Assembly: GCA_028534125.1 (NCBI GenBank) | Contig: CM052816.1 | Location: forward strand, 42,410,001 to 42,474,000 | DNA from: Lama glama | Lineage: Eukaryota | Direction of reading: 5' to 3' | DNA: 64,000 nucleotides | Position numbers and translations under genes: made by a program | Part shown: positions 39,569 through 52,452 of the stretch, in pieces | How the letters are laid out: every line of letters starts with the position of its first letter | How positions within the stretch are numbered: position 1 is the stretch's first letter | The notes under the pieces: generated by a model | Databases searched by the model: none | Told to the model about the DNA's origin: nothing | What the model saw: only the letters and a program-made list of their open reading frames with translations

Positions 39569-40689
39569 CTTAAAATATAAGATAATAGCCGTTATAAATT
39601 TCAGCAAAATAGAGAATTGGATAACCAGTATCTGCCAAGTTCTTTATATAGTCCCAAGTGTTGCATATCTTTCCCTTTTCGCTCTTGGGGAAATAAATAT
39701 ATCTTTCTCCCACAATATGAAAAAAAATCATTGTCCAAAGTTTGGTCACAGCTGTGTAGGCTGGAATTCCTGTCACACGTCTCATGTGTGAATTCTCTCC
39801 TACAGGGCATGTTCTGTAAGCTGATCCTTGGGGTCATTTTCCTTTTTGCTTCACCCTCCCCAGTTAACTCCTCAGTCGGAAGAGAGATGCATTTCTAGAC
39901 CCAGGGAATCAAAGAACGACGCCAAATGTACAACATTATCTTTTAATGATTTGTATTCACATTCCTTCTAGAAAAGTATCTGGCAGCTTTGTCTTAACTT
40001 TGTTTGACAGTGCTCACCCTATCAATGCATGTACTCAATAAATGTTGACTGAATGAACAAATAGAACATACTAAGGAAAAGACATTATACTGGAAGCAAA
40101 ATTGAGGGTCTCAGATTTTAGATAATGGTCCAAAAACACAAAGCCATTAATAGTAGTCCCAAGTAGTCTCCTGATTCCTAATCTAATGGTCACCCACTAA
40201 GCCATTTTTAAATAATGTGTACATGAGAGACATGTTCTCAGGGTATAACCTGGGGTGTGGTCAATTCTAGACAACACTATAGCCCTCACTCTAAGTATAT
40301 CAAGTGTTCTTTTTTTTATCATTAGCAAAAACCAGTATTTGAATTCTTTATTAAACACAAAATTTTTGAGATATGCCTTAAAACAGATGGTGACAAACGA
40401 GTGCGTTGAGATCAAACAAGCTGAAACAATTACACTAGACTAGCCTAAGATATACAGGGCTTTTCCCTGAGAATACCAAAGCCATCCACTTGATTTTACC
40501 TTACAGTCATTCTTCTTGAATTCACAAGATCTTGAGTTGTTGTGTCCCTCTTTTATGCTCCTTGGTTAGAAACATATACCTCCCTAGATTGTACTTGAAG
40601 TTGGAAATTACATCATTCATCTTTGTATCACCAGAGCTTACCCCAAAGCCAAGATCTGACTCAACAGATGTCAGTTTGTAAGTGAGGAC

Positions 40690-41920
40690 TATCAGATATT
40701 CACATGTAAGATGATGAACCTAGAGCCCCACCTCAAACCATATGCAAAAATTAACTCAAATGGATCATAGACTTAAATGAAAGAGTTAAATAGAGACAAA
40801 TATAGGAGAAAATCTCTGAGGTATTAAATTAGGTAAAGATTTTTTTAGGTAGATACCAAAAACACATTTCATAAAGAAAAAATTAAATTAGACCTCTTCA
40901 AACTTTAAAACTTCACGCAACAAAAGACATGATTAAGAAAATAAAAAGATAAGCAACAGACTACAAGAAAATATTTGCAAACACGTATCTGATGAGGGAT
41001 TTACATCCAAAATATACAAATAACTCCTACAACTCAATAATAAAAAGACAAACGATGCAATTTAAAAATGGGCAAAATATATAAGCTGATTATTTCACTA
41101 AAGAAGATATGCAAATGGCTAATGGCTAATAAAGACATGAAAAGATGTTCAACATCTTTAGTCATTGAGGAAATGCAAATTAAAACAAGTATAAGATGTC
41201 ATTTCTCTTCCACTAGAATGGTTATAATAAACAAGGCAGACGGTAACACATGTTGTGAGGTGTGAAGAAAGGGAACCCCTCATACATTGCTACTGGGAAT
41301 GCAAAATGGTGTAGGTACTTTGAAAAACATTTTAGCAGTTTCTTAAAAAGCTAAACATAAAACTACCAAAAGAACCCAGCAATTCCACTCCTAGATATCT
41401 ACACAAGAGAAATAAAAACATATGTCTATACCAAGCCTAGCATAGAAATGTTCACAGCAGAATTATTTATAAGAGCCCTACACTGAAAACAACCTGAACG
41501 TCAAACAATGGGTGAACAGATATATTAAATGTGGTATACCCATATAATGGAATACTACTGGACAAGATAAAGGAAGGAACTACCAACACATGCTATATCA
41601 CATACAAACTCAAAAACATCTGACAAAGAGAAAGCCAGATACAAGAGATCATATTGTATGCTTCTACTTATATAAAGTGTCCAGAAAAAACAAATTTATA
41701 GACATAAAATAGATTAGTAGTTGCCTGGGAATGGGAATGGGGATAATTGTAAATAAGCATAAGGGATCTTGTTGGGAGGATGAACATGTTCAAGAACTGA
41801 TTTATGGTGGATGGCTGCACCACTCAGTAAAGTTATTAATAATCACTGAATGGTACACTCGCAATGGATGAATTTTGTAATGTGTAAAATATATCTCACT
41901 ATGTTGTTTTTTAAAAAGAC
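40690..41920 (+). mobile_element. L1 (L1MB-like) ORF2 end and 3' UTR
   Basis: aaaaattaactcaaatggatcatagac; MKRCSTSLVIEEMQIKT; acccagcaattccactcctag. Confidence 0.9.
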
Positions 41921-43187
41921 AAGTGAATGAATCACAGCTTCACTTATATGCCTTGAAAAGATTATTCTCTTGTCATTTATATTCTTTTATATGGCTATAC
42001 CACCCATTACAGAAGCTCTCTACTCTCCTTAACCTTAAGATTCTCACCCTCCTCCAACCCCCACCAAAACTCTCTCAAAATTCTTTAGTATATTTTAGCA
42101 AACTGTCCTAGTCCTTCCATTAACAACAGGGAAACATGTGCCCTTTGACAATGGCTCACTCACATTTTTACAGAGTCTTTATTTAGTACAGGTACATGAC
42201 CCTCAGAATGCTGACAGTTTGACAGAAAAGATAGGATTCACAGAAATAACTATGAGATAGAGGTTCTGAGGATGGTGAGATCCTACTGGCTGTGAATGGG
42301 AGAAAACTGAGAAAGTCTTCCTACACGAAGTGTCATCCAAACAAGACCCTGTATGACAGCGAGAATTCCCACACCTGGAAATGAGCAGTACAAGACCCCT
42401 ATGACTAGGGCCATTGGGTGAGTACATCTATTCTGAGTGCTCTGAGCCATATAGATCTTTATCCTTGATCTTTCTCTTTCATGTCAAACCATGTTCACCT
42501 TCTTTTGGTTCTGTTATCATGCCTAACTATTCAAAAAAACTCAGGCAGACAAAGAGCAGAAGCTGAAGAAATAATTGAGTTTTATTTGAGTTCTGTGATT
42601 GTTAAGTTATCCCCACATTTGCAATACATAATTGTGTCTTAGAAGGTACTATTTCACGAATGCTGTTTTTCTCAAATTTAAGCTCCTGACACCCAGAGAT
42701 AGTGTCACAGAGGGGAGGGCTAGAAAAGCAGTAGGAAGAGAAGTCCTGCCAGAACACAAGCTCTAAAGCTCTGGAAAAAGATACCTTCTTTAGTGATAAA
42801 TTTGCCAGACATGGGTACAATTTTCCCTGATAAATGTGAATCAAAAATTACTATGTACTATCTTCTGTCCGACCATGCATGGAAAATGAATCCCGACTTT
42901 AGTGGGAAACCCACTGAACCAGAAGTTTGACCCTTAGAGAAGCTATTGAATCACTACATGGAAAAATATTGCCTAATTTGCTTCTTTGGTTCCAAAGCAT
43001 TTTTATACTTTGAACAAAACATGTATAGGTAAAGTGTCACCATTTTCAATATTTCTGTCCTTTACTATTTATCACACAATGAACTAATTCAATCATTAAG
43101 CCAATACTTACAGAGTACCTACCATGTGCCAGGCATTGGGCTAACATTGATGAATGAGATAAAACACAAAGTTCAAGTATAGTTCAA

Positions 43188-43714
43188 TGTTTATAAAAGA
43201 ATTTTAATAGGAAAAAAAAATCTGACTTCATAATAAATCTGTTCCTTTGGCTTTAACCCTGTGCTCTGTTTCCTAGACTTAGTCTTGCTGTTCTGCATCA
43301 TTTGTAAAAGAATGCTGCCTATAGCCTGAAATACACAGGATAGCCCATTCTCAAGGCTCTGACCTTTAAGGGTATTAACACTTTTCCATTCATATAAAGA
43401 CAAAAAGGTGCAGGATAGAAAATAACATTTGTTTTGTTGGAGGTGTACAGGGATACCATGACCTGACCCACATAGACAGCTGCAAGAACAAAGGATTCTG
43501 ACATCAAGTTTGCAACAACTATACCTCCTTCCCTTTTGAATATAAAAGGAGCCTGAATTCTGATGTGGCAAAGATGGCTCTCTAAGATGTTAGTCTGCCA
43601 TCTTCTTGGTCTGCCGGCTTTCTGAATAAAGTCGTTATTCCTTGCCCCAAAACCTCATCTCCCGATTTACTGGCCTGTCATGAGGTGAGCAGAACAAATT
43701 TGGACTCAGTAACA
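43188..43714 (+). mobile_element. ERV1-class solo LTR (MER41-like)
   Basis: TG...CA ends (tgtttataaaag / ggactcagtaaca); TATAAAA at 43541; AATAAA at 43625; gttagtctgccatcttct motif. Confidence 0.8.
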
Positions 43715-43894
43715 GTATGGCCTACAATAGCCAAGATATGGGAGCAATCTAAATGTCCATCGACAGATGAATGAATAAAGATGTGGTGTGTATATATATC
43801 TATGCAGGACTCAGATATGGGCAATGAGATTACTGGCCACAGTAGAAGCAGTATAGCAGAGTAGCTAAAAGCCTAGATTCTGGACTTAGACTCT

Positions 43895-44490
43895 GTGGGA
43901 GACATAAACATCATAGCAGCTCAAAATCGCTTGACTATTCACTCCATGTTTTGATAGTTCCTTCCGTTGTCAATTTCACCTTCCCAAGGTAGCATAAAAA
44001 CAAAAACAAAAAGCTGCATTTCCCATTCTCCTCTGTAGTTAGTGTCTAGATATTAACTTAAATGATACACATTTGCTGCACCAAGGAAGACCTTGATGCA
44101 GAAGTGAGCTATGGAAGGAAATAGGCTGGTCACAAGGCATCATTCTACAGGCTCCAGAGTGGATGGCAGAAGCCAACACTTTTTAAGAATCAGCAGTGGT
44201 AACAACTTCTTGATTCATCCAGCTCTTGAGTATGATACCGAAAGAATCCTGACTAAGACAAAGCTTCAAAACTGGCTGACCCAGCTAAAAGCTTGTGCTG
44301 TAACACCCAACACAGGTATTTCCTCTATGATACTTTTCCTAACTCTGGTAAATCAATCTCATCCTCCTTTCTGCCCTCCTTTAACAGTGATAATTATTTT
44401 CAGTACATTGATAATTTTATAGTAGTTTCTTTGGAGACTGTTTGTTCTGGAAGCTTATATGTAAAAATTGTCAGCACTGAGATTATTACA
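43895..44490 (+). mobile_element. Old ERVL-class LTR (LTR16/LTR33-like)
   Basis: aaagctgcatttcccattctcctctgtagttag motif; subfamily uncertain. Confidence 0.45.
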
Positions 44491-44589
44491 CAAGGGGACT
44501 TTGGCACACAATTTCACTGAACCTAATGGAACTAACCTAATGAACTGAACCTAATGTTTGTGATGTGGTCCCTCTAGGACTCAGCACAG

Positions 44590-44750
44590 TAATTGATTCT
44601 CAGACCTTAGTGTCCATAAAGATTATGTGTAGAGCTTGTTAAAATGTATATTCCTGGGCTTTACCCACAGAGATTCTGATTTATTTGGGCTGAGAGGGGG
44701 CCCAGGAATTGCAGGTTATGTAGATGGAGGTGTTCCATTGGCTATACTTT
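44590..44750. mobile_element. MER5A hAT MITE
   Basis: gagcttgttaaaatgtatattcctgggc...cagagattctgattt...ggcccaggaat. Confidence 0.75.
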
Positions 44751-44838
44751 CTTTTTTAAATTGAAGTACAGTTGATTTACAACGTGTGTTAGTTTCAGAT
44801 GTATAGCAATGTGATTCAAATATATATATTATATTCAG

Positions 44839-44875
<37 letters not shown>

Positions 44876-45245
44876 TTTTTCAGATTCCTTTTCATTATAG
44901 GTTATTACAAGCTATTGAATATAGTTCTCTGGGCTATACGGTAGGTCCTTGTTTATGATCTATTTTATATGTAGTAGTATGTATCTGCTAATACCAAACT
45001 CTTAATTTATCCCTCCCCTCACATTTTCCCCTTTGGTAACCATAAGTTTGTTTTCCATGTCTATGAGTCTTTTTCTATTTTGTTAATAAATTCATTTGTA
45101 TCTTTTTTTAGATTCCACATATAAGTGATATCATATATTTGTCTTTCTCTGTCTGACTTACTTCACTTAGTATAATAATCCCTAGGTCCATCCATGTTGC
45201 TGCAAATGGCAAATGATATTATTTCATTTTTATGGCTGAGTTATA
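44751..45245 (-). mobile_element. L1 3' end (artiodactyl type) containing (TA)n
   Basis: ttgaagtacagttgatttacaa...gattccacatataagtgatatcata...ggtccatccatgttgctgcaaatggc. Confidence 0.9.
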
Positions 45246-45277
45246 TATATATTCTATATCCATAGAATATAAGAGGT

Positions 45278-45590
45278 TGTCTTAATATGTTCTGGTTTCT
45301 ATAATGAAAGTACTATAAACTGGATAGCTTATAAACAACAGAAATACTATTTTTCACAGTTCTGGATACTGAGACATCCAATATCAAGGCCCCAGAGATT
45401 TGGTGTCTAATGAGAGCCCACTTCTTGGGTCATAGACTGTATCTTTTCCCTTTGTCCTCACATGGCTGAGGGATCTGCCCTCATGAACTAATCATCTTTC
45501 AAAGTTGTTGCCTCCTAACACTATCACTTTGGGAACTAAGATTTCAACATATGAATTTTGGAAAGACATAAACATTCAGTCCATTGCAGA
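45278..45590 (-). mobile_element. MaLR LTR (MLT1A/MST-like)
   Basis: gcttataaacaacagaaat...cacagttctgga...aaacattcagtccattgca. Confidence 0.85.
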
Positions 45591-46036
45591 AGTGTTTGGA
45601 GTAGGAAGACATGAGCACTTCACAGAACATATTCTAACCCCAAAATGGACTTAATATAACTGTCTTTAAAGACCCTCTCCACTAATACCAAAGCAATCAG
45701 ACCTAGTACAGTAAATGCGAAAGCAAAATTACTCCCATCTGCTAATGACCTAAGACCACAAGAAGTAACTGAATCTGTTGACCAATTGCTTCAGAAATTA
45801 ATGATCCAATATTAAGTATGCCAAGACCCAAATATTCATTTTCCACATACAAATTTCAGCAGCACTCAAATGGAAAATACTAAATAATTCAATAGGTCAA
45901 CTAATGTAATTATCTGAGGTTATATCTTGAAGATAACTTGGCAGGCTTATCAGGCTGCAGACCAGGTCAAATTAAAACATTGCACATGATCCCTATTAAA
46001 GTTCCATACAAAAAGCTGGTAACTATTGATACTTAC

Positions 46037-46096
46037 CAATGGAATATGTGTTCTTTGCTTGTGATATAAAATTTAGGAATTCAACAGAATGCTTGT
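46037..46096 (-). pseudogene. 60-nt exon (DKHSVEFLNFISQAKNTYSI), phase 1->1
   Basis: aaatgtttag acceptor, consensus donor TTG|gtaagt; 112-nt intron from the previous exon; open frame. Confidence 0.7.
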
Positions 46097-46208
46097 CTAA
46101 ACATTTAAGCATATAAAACACCCCGTGGGATAGATGTGTTCCACTGGGGTGGGTGTTCTATTCTCATAAAAATGTCATCATCTACAAGACTCATTTTTTA
46201 GATCATAC

Positions 46209-46389
46209 CTCAGTCCTGCTCCATGAACTTCAACAGTTCCTCCTTTGTTTCTGAGCTCATATTAACTGTCTTGGTAAGGTTACTGACATCCAAAAAACTG
46301 CTCCAAGGGGTTGAACAATGGGAAACTATGTACTTTACTTTTGCTTCCAGAAAAAACATGGTTTCTTCATGGTCATTATAAGAGTCAAC
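46209..46389 (-). pseudogene. 181-nt exon, RGS core (VDSYNDHEETMFFLEAKVKYIVSH...VNMSSETKEELLKFMEQD*), phase 0->1
   Basis: poly-T aag acceptor and GAG|gtatga donor; 59 open codons then in-frame TGA at 46210-46212. Confidence 0.75.
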
Positions 46390-46729
46390 CTTAAAAAAAA
46401 AAAAAGGAGTCAACCATATTAAGAATATTTCTGACTTTTTAAAGTCCTTTAGAAAATGTTGCCCAGTGTGGTGCTTAATGTTCCTATGTGAAAATTCTCA
46501 CAGAAGACTACCCTCCTGCTTATAAAAATGTGTAGCCTTCTGACATAATGAAAAGTATATAGCACATGCACTGTTCATTTTTATTTTATCTACCAGAAAC
46601 CTTGAAGCCAAATTTAGTGCTCAATGACAATAATTATCTTTAGCTGTTTGGGGGTGATAATTAACTTTTTTCCTTTATTATTTGGTTCATAGTCTCTTAA
46701 TAGTGTGTTATTAATATCAAAGTCTCAAA

Positions 46730-48460
46730 TTATTTTTTTCTACTGGTTAAATCTAACATAAAATTCACTCACTTTAAATGTATGGTTTGAAGAGTTTTAA
46801 TTGTATATAATCAATTGTGGATCATCACTACAGCCAAGTTATAGAATATTTCCAGTACCCTAAAAAATCTCCTCTTTGCAGTTGATCCCTTCCCTTGACA
46901 CCAAGCCTCAGGCAACCACTGATCTACTTTCTGTCACTACAGTTTTACCTTTTTTAGAATTTCATGTGAATGAGATCATACAGAATATAATTTTGTGACT
47001 TCTTTCACTTAGCACAAGTATTTTGTTCCCTTTTTATTACCAAATAAAATTCCATTGTATGGTTATGCCACAAATTTATTCATTATTCAATTGATAGACA
47101 ACTGGATTGTTTCATTTGAGGCTATTATGAATAATGCAGTTGTAAATTTTTCTATGGACATATGTTTTCATTTCTCTTGGGTCAATACCTAGGAAGCAGG
47201 ACTGCTGGATCCTGTGGTAAGCATATGCTTACTGTATAAGGCAAAGCCAAGTTGTTTTCCAAAGTAGCTGAACCATTTTGCAATCCCACCATTAATGTAT
47301 GAGCATTCCGACTTCTCCACATCTTTATCAACACTTTGTTGCCAGGCTTTTTAATTTTAGCCATTCTACTGAGTGTGCAGTGATTTTAATTTTCATTTCC
47401 CTGATGACTAGTGATATTGCGTATCTTTTCATGTGCTTATCAGCCATATTTTTATATTCTTTTTTAAAGTATCTGTCCTTTATCTACTTTTATTAAGTTG
47501 TTTGTTTTCTTATTATTAACTATATGAGTTCTTTATATATGCTGAATCCAAGCCTTCTGTCACATATATGTTTTGCAAATACCTCCGCTTACTCTGAGAT
47601 GCCTTTTCATTTTCTTAACTACATCATTCACAGAAAAATGTTTTAAATTTTCATAAGGTGATTTTATCAATTGATTCCTTTTATGATTCATGATTTTTAT
47701 TATCTATTTGAGAAACCTTTGATTAACCCAGGCTTTTTCAACCTCTGTACTGTTGATAATTGGGATCAGATAATTCTTTGTTGTGGAGGCTATCCTGTGC
47801 ATTGCAGAATGTTTATGAGCATGTCTTGTCTCTACTCATTAAACAGTGTGCTCCCCACTGCAGTTGTGACAATCAAAAATTTTTTATTTTGGTTGTCACA
47901 ACTGACATTGCCAAATGTCCCTTGAAGGACAAATTACTCCTGGTTGAGAACCACTGGCCTAACTCAATGTCACAAAGATTTTTCTCTTAATTTTTTTAGA
48001 CGTTTTATAGCTTTAGCTTTTACATTTAGGTCTGCAGTCCATGCCAAGTTATTTCCTGTGCAAGGCTGATGTAAGAATCAAAGATCATTTTTTCCAGACA
48101 GATATTCAATTGTTCTAGCACCATTTGTTGAAAAGACTACCCTTTTCCCCATTAGACTACCTTGGCACGTTATTGGCAAATCATTTGATCTTATAAATTG
48201 GGATCGATTATTGAGCTCTCTATTCCATTCTGTTTCCATGTGTCTATCCTTATGCCAATACCACACAGTCTTGATTATTGTAGCTTTAGAATAAGTCATG
48301 AAATTAGGTAGTCTATATATCTTATTCTTCTTTAGCAAAATTGTTTTGGCTAGTCTAGGTCCTTTGCTTTTCCATACATTTTAGAACAAGCTTTTCAATT
48401 TCTTTTTCTTTAATGAACTTTTTATTTTGTAGTAATTTTAGATTGGCAGAAAAGTTGCTG
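46730..48460 (-). mobile_element. L1 (L1MB-like) ORF2 end and 3' UTR, interrupted by MER20
   Basis: ORF track 48078-48338 YSKATIIKTVWYWHKDRH; ggcaaccactgatctactttctgtcact. Confidence 0.9.
47728..47958. mobile_element. MER20 hAT MITE
   Basis: gataattctttgttgtggaggctatcctgtgcattgcagaatgttta...cctggttgagaaccactgg. Confidence 0.9.
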
Positions 48461-49090
48461 GGAAAATTGGATAGCTACAGATAAAACAATGAGATTAGAA
48501 TGTTTCCTCACACTATATGCAAAAATAAACTCAAAATATATTAAAGACCATGATGCATGAACTAAAACCATAAAACTCCTAGAAGAGAACATAGGCAGAA
48601 CACTCTTTGACATAAATCATAGCAATTTTTTCTTGGATCTTTCTTCTAAGGCAAAAAAAAAAAAAAGCAAAAATTTTTAAATGGGATCTAATTAAACTTA
48701 AAAGCTTTTGCACAGCTAAGGAAATCATCAACAAAACAAAAAGAACCTACAGAATGGGAGAAAATATTTGCAAATGATATAACCAACAAGGGGTTAATGT
48801 CCAAAATATATGAACAGCTTGTACAACTCAATGTTGAAAAAACAAACAACCCAGTGAAAAAAGGACCAGAAGACCTAAATAAGACATTTTTCCAAATAAG
48901 ACATACAGGTGGCTAATAGGCACATGAAAAGATACTTGACATTACTAATTATTAGAGAAAATGGAAATCAAAACAATGAGTTATCACCTCACACCTGTCA
49001 TAATGGCTATTATTGAAAAGTCTACAAATAATGTTGGAGAAGTGGAGAAAAGGGAACCCTTGTACATTGTTGGTGGGTATATAAACTGGT

Positions 49091-49284
49091 GGGGGGGAAA
49101 GGTATAGCTCAAGTGGGTAGAGCACATGCTTAGCATGCATGAGGTCCCGGGTTCAATCCCCAGTACCTCCTCTAAAAATAAATAAACAAACCTAATTACC
49201 TCCCTCCCCCTCCCCTAAAGATAAAATAAATAAGACAAAATAAAACATTAAAAAAATGACAAAAAAATAAAATAAAATAAATAA
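49091..49284 (+). mobile_element. Camelid tRNA-derived SINE (Vic-1-like), long form
   Basis: ggtatagctcaagtgggtagagcacatgcttagcatgcatgaggtcccgggttcaatccccagtacctcc (A and B boxes); A-rich tail; TSD ataaactgg(t/c)gg. Confidence 0.92.
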
Positions 49285-49514
49285 ATAAACTGGCGGAGCC
49301 ACTATGAAAAGCAGCATGGAGATTCCTCAAAAAACTAAAAATGGAACTAACATATGATCCAGCTATTTCACTCCTGGGTATATATCCAGCAAAAAAAACA
49401 AAAAAACTAATTTGAAAAGATATATGCACTCAGGGTTCATAGCAGCACTATTTACAATTGCCACAATACTGAAGCAACCCAAATGCCCAGCAACAGACAA
49501 ATGAGTAAAGAAGA

Positions 49515-49539
49515 TGTGTGTGGAGTGTGTTTGTGTATG

Positions 49540-49577
<38 letters not shown>
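49515..49577. repeat. (TG)n microsatellite
   Basis: direct observation. Confidence 0.95.
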
Positions 49578-49578
<1 letters not shown>

Positions 49579-51325
49579 AGTGGAATATTACTCAGCCATA
49601 TTAAAGGAATGAAAGCATGCCATGTGCAGCAATGTGGATAGACCTAGAGAATATTTGGCTTAGAGAAATAAGTCAGACAGAAAGACAAATACTGTGATAT
49701 CACTTACATGTGGAATCTAAAAAAATATGACAAGTGAATGTATATGCAAAACAGAAATAGACATAGAGAACAAACTAGTAGTTACCAGTGGGGAGAGGGA
49801 AGGAGGTAGGGACAAATTAGGGGTATGGGATTAACAGATACAAACTATGTATAAACAGATAAGCAACAAAGATATATTGTATAGCATAGGGAATTACAGC
49901 CATTATCTTGGAATAACATTTAATGGATCAAAATCTGCAAAAATACTGAATCAGTATGATGTACATCTGAAATTAATATAATACTGTAAGTTAACTATAC
50001 TTCAATAAAAATAAATAAAATGACTTTATGAAAAGCTTTCACTATTATAATATTAAGTATACATATACGCTGTATGAGTTCAACTCTAAGTTTTTTAAGT
50101 ACAGAACAGAAGACTAGAAGCTACTATGCCATAAACTTAATGGTGGTTAGTGGGACTGTAGTTGTTTTCTTTTTCTTCTTCCTACTTTCTATTTTTTAAC
50201 AGTGAGCCAAGAAAACAATAACATTTTTTATTTTTTATAAAAATATACCTTACTGTTGAATTTCTGACCTGGCAAAAACTTTAGAAAGCTAGTTCACTCT
50301 ATGTACTTCAATGATAAGAAAATTTCCTTATCAGTAGGAGTCACAGAGAGTTTAAAAAATATTTATCTAAGTCTACAAGGTGAGTTGATAGCCCTCTAAA
50401 AATTGACTGTCTCCTGACTCTTGATATATCACATTCTGATCATTTTCGTTGTGTTTCAGCTTTCATTTCTAGGGTTAAGGAAATGGCATGGTTCACATGA
50501 GCAATATTTAATTAAAACATTTTAAACTCTATTAAATAGAATACCTCAAACAAGCTTAATTTTAATATAAATGCTCTAGAACCTGAAAAATGGAAGGAAA
50601 TTTAGAGTTGTTTTCCAATGAATATTTTAAATGTAAATAAAAGTGGAGTTTTATTCTAGAAAGCTTTCCAGTTTTGAGATTTAAGATGAGTAATAAAGAA
50701 CCCTATAGTACATTTTATTTATTAAAAGCTCATTATTCCCTTGTTAGAGTTACTACTGTTTGTTTACAGTTGTCCAAACAGAAATGATTGAGTACAATGT
50801 GATCTTATAAATCAGGACTTTCTGTTATAAACTGTTTGACCTTTATGGTTCAACTCTCAGGATTTAAATGATATAGTACCAGAATTACTGATAATTATCT
50901 ACCAGATCATACATTGGACATAACAAACTTTAACTTGGTTTCAAATATCCCAAACAATTTTTTCCTGAAGTCTTTCTAAATATAAAAAAACATTTCTAGT
51001 TTAACATTTCATGGCACTGGAAGATAATCCAAAGAGAATGTTTAAGGTTAGTAGAGTGTTTATCTTATCAAAAGTCGTCTGGTCTCTTTGGGTTACTGTT
51101 TGGATTCTAGCTAATCAGGCCTATTTACTAGTTTAAGAACACTCAGCAATTAACCGTATTCAAACAGCACTAATTTGCTATGTTATTTCAGCTGGGAAAG
51201 CAGTTATATGAACCAATACAGCGTCCTTACTAAAAATAAATGACAGCACTTTCCACTCCCTAGGGAGTTAGTTTTTAAGTATGTCACACTGCCACACTGC
51301 ATAACAAAATCAAAGAGTGTGAAAC

Positions 51326-51409
51326 ATCTAAATAATACAAAACCCAAAAGACATGCCATGTTTTCAGATTTAAAAAAAAATAATAAAGTAACTGCCAACA
51401 AAAACATCA
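51326..51409 (-). pseudogene. Candidate exon, RGS N-terminal helices (DVFVGSYFIIFF/KSENMACLLGF)
   Basis: Strong acceptor ttgttttgtcttcctgcag, phase 2 start; frameshift in a T9 run; donor weak and uncertain. Confidence 0.55.
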
Positions 51410-51854
51410 CTGCAGGAAGACAAAACAAATATAAAGAGAATTTAAGAGGTAGGTTGTGGCCTCTTTTCCTTCATGAACCACTACCTTCCTTGTTTTTAAG
51501 ACTGCTTGGCTGTATTAGCAATTTTTAGCACACAGTAGCTCAAATCAACAATACATTTGCTCTTCAGACTTTGACACCTCCCCAGCTGCTAGGCCTGTGC
51601 TTAACCAAACAAGTACAGTAGAGCAAGTAGAACATTTATGTAACACAGAGACTATAAATGTTCTTTGAGAAACAAAGAGATCTACTCATTCTAGAAGATA
51701 TGACAAAGGGATAAGAACATTACACTTTAAAACAGATTTAAAACTCCTATGAGGAATTATATGTATCTCATAAATTTGTAGCTAAAAGCATCACACCATT
51801 TGTTTACTGACAATAAAATATCCTTTCTTTTCTCTAAATAATTTTTAAAAATTC

Positions 51855-52060
51855 ATTTAGCAGCTATCTGGTGTTAGATACTATACTAAGAACTTCACAT
51901 GCATTCCTTCATTTAATCCTTGAAACAATCCTATGAGGTGTACTTTTATCTTCATTTTGTAGATGGAGAAACTAAGACATAAGGTCATTCAACTATTAAA
52001 TACTGGACCATGGTTTGAACTCATGAGGTCTGACTTCAGAGCCTGTGTTCTTACCCACTG
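51855..52060 (-). mobile_element. MIR SINE
   Basis: tcatttaatccttgaaacaatcctatgagg...cattttgtagatggagaaactaag. Confidence 0.85.
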
Positions 52061-52452
52061 TGGACAAATCAAAATGACACTAAAGAATTTTCAGAATAAA
52101 AGAGATATCAAAATACGTGAAATAAACATTACTGATAATAAAATCATAAAACAATCCTATCTATGGTCTTTCTTTTCCCACTGACAGATATTTAGTGACT
52201 TCCCTTACCAACACTAACGCTTCCCCCTTTCTGCCTTTTTCTCTTAATACACGTGCACGCACGCATGCACGCACACACACAGCCACACTAATAGTACCTG
52301 TCGTATTGAAAAATACAGCAGGAAAAATGTTCTACTTCAAAAAATGGACTAAATGCTAAGTGAACTTATGGGGTAGGGAGGTGAAGAGAGATCCTTATTT
52401 AAACAATCGATTAGCTGTTCCCACTTGTGTGTTTACTTCTAGGTAAACTCAT

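Larger units (their letters stand above)
48465..50020 (+). mobile_element. L1 ORF2 end and 3' UTR (artiodactyl type) containing a SINE and (TG)n
   Basis: aaaactcctagaagagaacataggcagaacactctttgacata; ends ctatacttcaataaaaataaataaaa. Confidence 0.9.

Noticed and set aside
43191..43571. 126-aa minus-strand ORF
   Set aside because: Antisense reading of a solo LTR
49098..49170. tRNA gene (Ala-like cloverleaf with A and B boxes)
   Set aside because: Has an A-rich tail and TSD and multiple dispersed copies, so it is a SINE rather than a tRNA gene
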